DNA of 64,000 nt from the human T2T-CHM13v2.0 reference genome, Homo sapiens, in assembly GCF_009914755.1 (NCBI RefSeq), contig NC_060927.1, one strand, 5' to 3'. The position numbers and the translations under genes are program-made. Each line of letters opens with the position of its first letter. The stretch's first letter is position 1. The notes under the pieces are model-generated. The model saw only the letters and a list, made by a program, of their open reading frames with translations, did no database searches and had not been told where the DNA came from. This document shows positions 26,635 through 64,000 of the stretch, piece by piece.

Positions 26635-28850
26635 AGCATCTCCTGAAGTCTTCCAGTCCTTCTTGGCTATAATCCTAGAATTATTGTCCGTTCCTCTGAA
26701 GTAATTCCCAGAATACGGTCCTTCCTAAACCCCAGAAATTGCCTTTTTCAGAGTTTATTTCTCATGTGCACTGCTGAAGATGAATATCCCTAATCCTTCA
26801 TAAAGAATCAGCTAGAGTTGTCATGATAAAGTCAGCACACACAAAAAGGCTTCTTACACATACCTGTCTTAAACCATGTGTAGAGCTTTAAAAACAGAAA
26901 AAAAACCCCATATACTTATGACCATCTTAAATCAAGAAAATTGCATATTTCCATTCTGGTCTTTCTGGGCCAGATTTTTATATTGGTTTTCAGTAAATGT
27001 CTATCTATAATATTTCATTATAGAGTCCAGTAGCTTAATACTGACACTGACTTGATACAGCATGAAGTTTCTAGTGCCACACACAGTATTTAGAAAACCT
27101 TTAGGCGTGAATGACTCATGTGGGATATATGTAAACATAATGTTTATTTTATCTCACAAATGCATGTGAAATGTATAATTACATCTTAGGAATCCAAAAT
27201 GGTCTGCAGAGAGTGAGCGGAGGCACCAGATCAATGTTGGTTCTTTGCACTGGTGAGATTCTGCCTGATGAATATTAAAGATATCCTGCTTTCTGAGAAC
27301 TCTATCACCAGATGGCAGTTGGGATATGGGAGGAACTAAAGCATCCTGTTTTGTATCTGTCCAGATCATTATTTCTGTCTCTTGTTTTTTCTTCCTGGTT
27401 CAGGATACTTTTTTAAGGGGTTGAGAATTGAAGATTTTCCAAAAGCGTTCATGAATTTAGAGCATTCCACCCAATATAATAAAACCTGTTAAGAATGTCA
27501 GTCTTTGTTCAAACATCTGTTTGTTCTATCTCCAGTCATTAAATCAGTGCTGCTGCATGACACTCTTAACTCCTGACTTTTTATATCCAGTCATAAAGTT
27601 GACTTTCAGCACAAAAGATACTTATAAACAAATAAAAAATTTTTATTTTTCTCTCTTACTGATGTAAGCTTTGGCACTCTTTTGACTGGTGCCATTAGAC
27701 ATCTTGATTATTGTGACAACTCTAGACCTGCCTGCTTTATCTAATGTAATCATGCTCAATGTCTACAGGTTGTTTAATAATCAGTCACACAGAGAACTGA
27801 GGAACTGATGCTGTTTGTTTGCTTCTATGATACAGAGATGTCTAAAAACTTCAAATGGACATGTTTTGTAGTTTAGCGACTTCCGTATACATAAAGGGAC
27901 ATATTAATACTGGTTCATTTGTAAATTATTATTCATATAGACCACTGTAGTAGATAAAACTCTATGGTACACCTGCTTATGTGTTGCCTCACACTGTGTG
28001 TGATTTTGTTTCTTTTGTTAAGCAGCACTTATGTAGACTGCATTTCCAAATGTGTTGAGCACTCAGAGTGTAGTCAACAGTAAGTTCTTTTAATGAATAT
28101 CAGTTTTAATTTATAGACTGCCATGGCCTTAAAAATATTCTGTACAATATACTGCACTGTGTTGCACAGACACTACTTGCTTTTCTCCATTCATATTTTT
28201 ATGAGTAGAATCTGGGCTTTTAAATTTCTCTTCTTATTCTTTGAAGCATGTTGCATACTACCCTGGTGGGATGGATGGTTCTGTAAATGAAGGGATATTT
28301 AAACTTGCTACTGTTGTTCAACACCATTAATGGTCAGTGTGAACCATTACAAAGAATGTGGCAACTTGCTTGTGCCTAAAAGGAGGAATTGGAACTAGAA
28401 TGTGTGACTCTGTGGGGACTGCATAGGTTTGTTAATTGACCTATAGCTAAACCTTAATGTGTTTGTGTGTCTATACATTGCTTTCCGCATTTCAAGACAT
28501 CCAGACGCTATTACCAACATTTTCCTGTGCATTAACCTCTGCATGTGAAAACTTTTAACAGTTACTGAACTATGTAAATATGTGAATTTTTTTATTTAGG
28601 TGGATGCATTTTTTGTCTGTTTACTGCTCTTCTCAGCTTTATTCAATAAACTTGCATTTTAAGGGTTGTATTGGCAATTTTAACTTAAAATGTGCATCAT
28701 GATGGAAGGTGCAGACTTTTTTGGAAGGGGATAGTAAGTTTCCGAGAGGAGGGTCTATAGACCATTTGTCAGAAATCAGATCAGCCCTCAAAGAATGGGG
28801 TCTGTGGGCTAGTTAAAATAGAAATAAACTTTTAAAATATCCACAGAATT
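26635..28850 (+). other. ARL8B: ARL8B 3'UTR (end approximate)
   Basis: AT-rich, repeat-free sequence after the stop. AATAAA at 27478, 27631, 28645 and 28823, ATTAAA at 27538, and another AATAAA at 29947. The true end cannot be fixed from sequence alone. Confidence 0.7.
28645..28828 (+). terminator. Candidate distal polyadenylation signals of ARL8B (AATAAA 28645-28650 and 28823-28828)
   Basis: Canonical hexamers; the second is followed by GT/T-rich sequence near 28855-28870. Confidence 0.55.
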
Positions 28851-30798
28851 GATATTGTGATTTTTTGGGGGCGGGGGAAATGCTACTACTTGTCAACGGT
28901 CACAATACACCAAATTTAGGACTTTAAGTGGCAAGTGCTAGTAAAACATTTTATGTCCCAGTTTTTACAAATCAAACCAAGACCCTGCTAAGCAAATGAA
29001 GTTGCAAGACATGCCTATTCACTGACTTCAGTTCAGAATGGAAATATTTTAAGTACCGAACATGCTGGTTTTCCCACAAAGGCACATTTTTAGCATAAAG
29101 CTTTTTGCTAGTTTGGTATCATCTGCCCATAAAATAAGTCAATACTTGAGCTATTGGAAAAATAATTGTGTATATTTTTATTTGTTTAGAAAGGTTCAGT
29201 TAGCATTTTCTCCATACGCATACTACAATTCTGTACAGCCAACCCTTAGTGGCCAGTTGGATGCATGATTTCGCGTTTATTTCCCTGGAACGTCACGTTG
29301 ATGTGTTTTTGTCTTTTCACTGCATTACTGGAGCCATGTAGTCAAGCATCAAGTTTCATCCACTTCTCACCATTCTCCTACCAAGGGGGTGAGTGTGTGA
29401 GAGTTGAGGGTGAGGATGGGGGAACACGGAGGATATACATTTAGCTTAATTCTAAATGTGTATCTGCTTTTAAAAACTTCTAAACTTATAAAGTTGGTCT
29501 TTGATTCTGTCAAGTAAATTGGGTGTTTGAGGAACTAACTGCTTTGTCTGTTTGCTCCATGTAGGATTGAGTTACACTGATACCCTGTTGATTTGGTAAT
29601 TCCAGCTGCTCCAAGGGTCTGGTGGGTTCAGAACTGGAATGGAAGCTTAAACATAATGTAGTGGGCATCATGCTGTAACATCCAGTTGGCCAAATGCTTT
29701 ACTCTAAAAATGTGCCACAGTGGGGAAAGCACGATGTTTGATGTTTAAAATGTTTTTGTTATGTTACAGACTTTTAAGGTTATGCCCTCAACTGTGCATA
29801 GCAGTGAAGAGACTTGAAAAGGAAGACAGTAAAGCCTTACAGACTTCCCTTAAGTTTGCTGCTCTATAAGTATGCAGCCTGCTGCAGGTGTTTCCTGTTG
29901 GTTAGTAAATAACCTCCACACATTGGCTGTTTAAAATTCAGCTATTAATAAAAATGTGTACTTTTGTCATTGCTCCTCTTGGGTGTTCTTAGGGAAACCA
30001 AAGCAGGTCATTGTCATGGTAGACAGACTGCAATAGGACTCTCTTAAAAATCTAAGCCACAGCAGTAGTCATTTATTATTCCATTCTATTAACCAGCCCT
30101 CTCTTCAGTAAGATAATTCTATTTTGAAATCCCAAGGCATCTGGCATTTAGGTAATGCAGATTTCCCAATAATCAGGAGGGGGAAAAGATACTTTAGCTT
30201 CATTTTACTGGGGCTTACAGTAGGGATGTAGGAAAAGAGTTGTTAGCTTACGATGCTAATATAGCTTAATTCTGTGGAGAGTACTGGGTTGGCATTTGGG
30301 AGAATGGGTTCTTTCCTTGGCCATTAACTGACTGTGTGACTGGTGAGTTGCAGAACCCCCTCATGGCTCCTTAAGTTTTCCCATCTATAAAATGAACAGG
30401 AGAGGATTTCTAACCATAACTTCTGCCACTGACAGGCTGATTCTAGCAGCCTAGAAATTTGCTTGGTGGTTAAAAAGAGATACAAAAACACCGATTTGGC
30501 CTAGTGAATATGTTAATATTACATGTTCCTTCAATAGAAGGTAATTCAAAAATACAGAAATATTTACATGTTACAACTTTAAATTTTAGCACAAAAGCTG
30601 GAGATTGCAGACATTTTACAGAATGATACAGTAAATTTATTTTGTTTGAAGGAAATTCTGTAAATATACCGGCTTATATTTTGAAAGGCATTTACAAATT
30701 TTAGAACATTTTCCCCAGACTGCAGAAAATGTTTGGTATGCACTCCAGAAAAGTGTATATACCTACTACCAATTTGAGGGTAGGTGGTTTAGAGCTAA

Positions 30799-31132
<334 letters not shown>

Positions 31133-31630
31133 GCTAGGTTCTGCTAGAATTTATCCAGAGCTTTGGAGAAACCTGGAATGGTTAGAAAATACTACTCTTA
31201 AAAGTAAAGGGGCTGGAGGACCAACAAAACCATTGTATCCCCTTTTGGACTTGGGAAGTAGAACATTAACCACTTGCTAATTATAGCATCTCCCTTAACC
31301 AATTCTTATCTACAATTGTGACTTACCCTCAGTGTTGTACAATGTGTATCACACAATGTGCTAGCTTGTTTCTGTGGCTTAAGAGAATTCACCATTTCTA
31401 TCTACTACCCAATAGGTGAATTAGATAACTCTTCCATTTGTATATTTTATTCTGTAAGAAAAATTCAAATTGCTCTTATTTGTCATACTATTAGCTAACT
31501 TATAAGCGCTAGCCCTCATTCAAAGAAGGGTTAAGGATTTATAGAATTCCTATATTCTCTGGAAGCATCAGTAACCTAAAGGCTAGAGCATGGTATGGGC
31601 ATGTGCATGATGAATATTTTTGATGTATAG

Positions 31631-31979
<349 letters not shown>

Positions 31980-31991
31980 GACTTGTGCTAA

Positions 31992-32389
31992 CGTTAAACC
32001 AAAATTATGGGGGGTCATTTTTTGTGGACTGAGTTTCTGCACTAGGTCCTAGCAGACCAAAGTAGTTACATATATTAAGTGCCACACAGTTACATGGAAA
32101 CTTTACAGACCAGTTTTTCCTGAAAACAGAAAATCCCAGTCTGTCTGAATCAGAATAATAAGGAAGTCCCTTCTTCTTTAACCCTTAAAAAAAAAGTAAC
32201 CCGATGTTAACCAATCAGTTATTTTTCATTGTTTTGTTTCCTTGCTCTCATCTTACAAAACCCACTATTCTGCTGTTTCTCATTGGGAGCTTTCATTCTG
32301 TTTTGTAGAATGGAGGCTGCCCCATTCATAAGTTATGAATAAACGCCAGTTAGATCTGTAAGTAAATTTGTTGTAATTTTTTTCTGACA
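31992..32389 (+). mobile_element. ERV1-class solo LTR (subfamily uncertain, MER57/LTR54-like)
   Basis: CCAAT at about 32211, AATAAA at about 32338, ends aaatttgttgtaattt..tgaca; 4-bp TSD CTAA/CTAG. Confidence 0.6.
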
Positions 32390-32469
32390 CTAGGAATTGC
32401 CAAATGACCCTTCACACGGGAAGTACTAGTTTTTGTTTTTACCAGTCCCAGTCCCCTATGCCTTTTTAA

Positions 32470-32592
32470 AAAAGAGATGAAGTCTCACTGTTACCCAGGT
32501 AATTGCATTGGCTATTTACAGCCACGATCATAGGAAACGCAGCTTCAAACTACTGGCTCAGGGGATCTTCCTGCCTCAGCCTCTCGAGTATC
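32470..32592 (-). mobile_element. FAM-like fossil Alu monomer
   Basis: Contains 7SL-derived ggctatttacag..acgatc. Confidence 0.6.
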
Positions 32593-32714
32593 CTGTATCT
32601 TGCTAACAGAGCATGTTGACAAACTTGGATTTGTGCCCATCAAATAAGTTTGAACTGTAATTATATACTTTTTTTTAGGCCTTCAGCTTTGCAAAACCTC
32701 TGCTTTTGAAATAC

Positions 32715-33006
32715 TTTTTTTTTTTTGAGACGCAGTCTCACTCTCTTGCCCAGAATGGAGTGTGGTGGCGCTATCTCAGCTCACTGCAACCTCTGCCTCC
32801 TGGATTCAAGTGATTCTCGTGCCTCAGCCTCCTGAGCATCTGGGATTACAGACGCCCACCACCACGCCCGGGTAGTTGTATTTTTAGTAGAGATGGGGTT
32901 TCATCATTTTGGCCAGGTTGGTCTTGAACTCCGGACCTTAAGTGATCTGCCTGCCTTGGCCTCCCAAAGTTCTGGGATTACAGGTGTGAGCCACCACGCC
33001 CAGCCG
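32715..33006 (-). mobile_element. Alu (AluS-like)
   Basis: Antisense dimer. Confidence 0.88.
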
Positions 33007-33039
33007 GGTGCTAGTTTTAAAAGTTTCAGAGTTGAAAAG

Positions 33040-33240
33040 TATTAATAGGTCTCACTATGTAGCACGGTTGTAAGTACTTTATATATATATATGATGTAAT
33101 CACAACTGTGATAAACATTGTCCTCATCACTCACCCATTTTATGGATGAGGAAACAAGTCCAGAAAAGTAACTTCCCAAGGTCACTCTTAGGGCAGAGCT
33201 ACGATTTGAACACCTGACTTCTGAATGTGAGTTCTTAGTT
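33040..33240 (-). mobile_element. MIR
   Basis: cccattttatggatgaggaaac...aagtaacttcccaaggtcac. Confidence 0.65.
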
Positions 33241-35306
33241 GTCATCTCTTTGCATTCCCCAGAGTAAAGCCATTTTTACACTGAAAAAGTGCCTCCTTTC
33301 CTTTTTTATCAGTCCCTGATGCGCTTGTGAGATTACCGGAAAACCTGTCACAAATCAAACTGTTTATCTTAAAGAGTTGATTTTCAAGACTGGAGTTTTC
33401 TGATTGGGTATGGGTGTTGTCCCAATCTTATCAGTACATTTAGCTTAAGGAGAGTCCTAATCGAAAGGACTAGCACAAAATAACCCATTTCTTTCATTTC
33501 AGTTTCATTCCAGAAGGAAACACTTTCTGAACCTAGACCCTAATGCCTAGGCTATGCCTTGCAGGGCACTAATGTCAAAACTATTGCTTTTGGGTGGCTT
33601 GGAAAGAGCAGAGGGACCTGTCTGCTCAAGGGCCAGCTATTTGAAGTGCAAATTGCCCTAAAGTGTAGTAACTCCCTTTCTGCCTAGAGCCAACAGGCTC
33701 TGAGAATTGAGCCCCCAACCTGATTTCTTCCATTATGGCTTGTGGAATAAGCTTTACAGTTTTCTATGAAGATTAAATAAGCACACATGTCAAAGTGTTT
33801 TGAAAACCATCAGTTTTACTATGAAAAGCATCTTTCAGGAGTTGGATGGTTTTCTCTGGTTATTAAAAGATTTATTTTTATAAGAGTTTTTCTCTAACAT
33901 CAAGACAGAAGCTGTCCTCAATGTGGCCTGCAGTTAACCAGGTCAAATTTAAGTTAAAATTTGCAATAAAGTAGCCCCGGAAGGAAACATGCAACATGCA
34001 ACTGAATATTCACATTCAGTTTGCAAGTTCCAGGAAGGCAGAAGTTCAGGATCAAGGGCTGGAGCTGGGCTGCCAGCACAGTCCCTAGGCATCCTTCACA
34101 GAGGGGAAAAAGCAGAAGCTGTGTAGTCTAAAGACCCTGGCTCAAGCTGTCTTCGTAATCTTTTTGCTGCTTGGGCTGCTCTCGATGTCTCAATGTTGGG
34201 AAAGAACAAGGCTCAGCCAACAGTAAGGACCTTCCTATGTGCCAGCTACCATGTGCTGTAATCAAGTGTTTTCTTAGTTCCCCTTACACCTCCTCTGTAT
34301 TTCAGAAAGTCCTCTACCCTGAAAATGTGATGAGAGTGCCACATGACAACTTACCTTCTTATGCACTCCATTGGTCGGCCATTCAGCCAATATCAGATTT
34401 GGGGGTCTAGTCAGGTCTTGCTTCCCAAGCTTTTCAGAAACCCTGATGAAACAGGCATAGGGTCTAAACTTAGGGAGGGCAAAACTTACAGCCAACTCCA
34501 AATGCAGCAAGCAAAATAAATAAGCGCCTAAACCATTGAATCTTTATGTGAAAGCCATAGCCCTTTAGAGCTAACATTTGCAATCTTCTTAATTATAGGA
34601 AGTAGATACAGAGGGGTAAAGTTATTTAACTGGGAATCTACCCCACACCTCAAAGGTTAGGTCACTAATTGCGGGTGCACAGGAGAGATGGTAGGATGGG
34701 AGGGACAGGAGAAGACATGTTTAGATATATCTGGTAAATAATTTGGTGGTGGTGGGAGCCTTCATTCCCACCCCCAACCCGCCCCCCCCTTTTAAAAAAA
34801 TCCTATTTCCGAGACAAAAGCAATATAACATAACTTTGTATTTCCTGAAACTTCCAGTTTCTAAGAACTGTCCAAGAGTACTTACACGCACATTCCCGAG
34901 ACCGTTGGAGTTGTTCGATAGGTCTAGGGAGGGATCTGGGGATACGTGTTTTACAAGCACCATGAGCGATTCTTCAAAGTTGGGTGTTTGAATCAAAAGA
35001 GCAGAATTCATGATACCGTTTTGTGCACTCCTTGAGCTAAAAGGTAGTATCCCACCCTCTCCATAAACAGACACCTAAGTTATAAAACTTATGCGCTCGA
35101 TATGCAAAAATAGCTCGTTTTATACAGAAACGATCCTTTCCTTCTTTTCCTTATATATCTTTTAACTGTCATCACTCCTAACCTAGACCTAGAGTGGCTT
35201 TTTCCGGTCCTAGCTCTGCCGGACACACGCTCTGCCCAGAGACCCGATCCACCCAAGGCCAGGCGGTCTGGGGTCACGTCTGTGTCCAGCGTCCGGCGGG
35301 CGCTGC

Positions 35307-35325
35307 CGTGCCGCTCTCCCATTGG
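35307..35325 (-). promoter_or_regulatory. ERSE-like element CCAAT-N9-GCACG
   Basis: Plus strand CGTGC-cgctctccc-ATTGG. Exact 9-nt spacer and one mismatch to the ERSE consensus CCAAT-N9-CCACG. Confidence 0.5.
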
Positions 35326-35736
35326 CTGGAAGTTCCCTCGCGGGCCGGCGCGGCTCCTGCTCGCCACGCCAGCCCATCGGGCTACGGACCGCCCAGGGGG
35401 GCGGGGCTTGGGAGTTGGGGCGGGGCCCGGGTGAGGGGCGGGGCCTCGGGGCGTCGCGGACGTCCTGGCGGCCTACTGCGTGGGAGGGAGTCCTGGGCCG
35501 CGCCCCGCGAGGCCGGGCCCAGGCCGGGCCAATCCCGGGCCACTGGGCGGGCGACCGTGGGGCCTGGCCGGCCCGCCGGAGAGCCTGGGGGTTGGGGACG
35601 ATGGGCTAGTTCCTGGTGCGTCACGGGGGAGTTCCTTAAAGGGGAAGCGAGCCGGGCTACGGGGCGAGCGCGGGGTGCGGTGGTCGGCGGGGAGGCCCCC
35701 GCGCTTTAAAATAATGCCCGCGGCGCCCGCGCGACC

Positions 35737-63849
<28,113 letters not shown>

Positions 63850-64000
63850 TCTGCTCTCTGTGAGGCCTCATCTTGAACCAGACCTTAACGACCAAACCCA
63901 GACCATGCCAAAGTCCAGTCTGAAATGAAAGGGGACAGAAGTCTTGCTGTCCATGGTGGTGTAGGAATTTCTGTGCAACACCTCACCACGTCTGGTTAAT

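Noticed and set aside
35529-35544. CCAAT...CCAC as a sense-strand ERSE
   Set aside because: Spacer is 6 nt rather than 9 and the second half is CCACT; kept only as a plain CCAAT box.

Overview
Primate, almost certainly human, genomic DNA with two + strand genes in tandem. The first is the 3' part of ARL8B: the end of intron 1, coding exons 2-7 (18450-26634) and a long 3'UTR. The second is the complete coding region of EDEM1: CpG-island promoter about 35200-36420 and 12 exons (35737-63849) that I spliced by hand to 1974 nt, 657 aa, all GT-AG. The rest is mostly interspersed repeats: about 38 Alu pieces (roughly 33 on the - strand, 5 on +), old L1 fragments, THE1/MLT1/ERV1 LTRs, MER20 and Tigger-family DNA elements, MIR/L2 and microsatellites. 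Nearly all other ORFs in the track are repeat-derived or GC-rich noise. I found no unknown gene or novel system. The best leads are regulatory. The EDEM1 leader has an ATF4-like pair of uORFs and ATGs in all three frames within about 30 nt, including a strong-Kozak 174-aa alternative ORF. Other leads are an ERSE-like element, an intronic UPRE/CRE cluster beside an in-frame internal ATG, and inverted Alus around ARL8B exons 5-6, whose skipping gives an NMD-escaping alternative C-terminus. Repeat boundaries and subfamilies were read by eye and are approximate.
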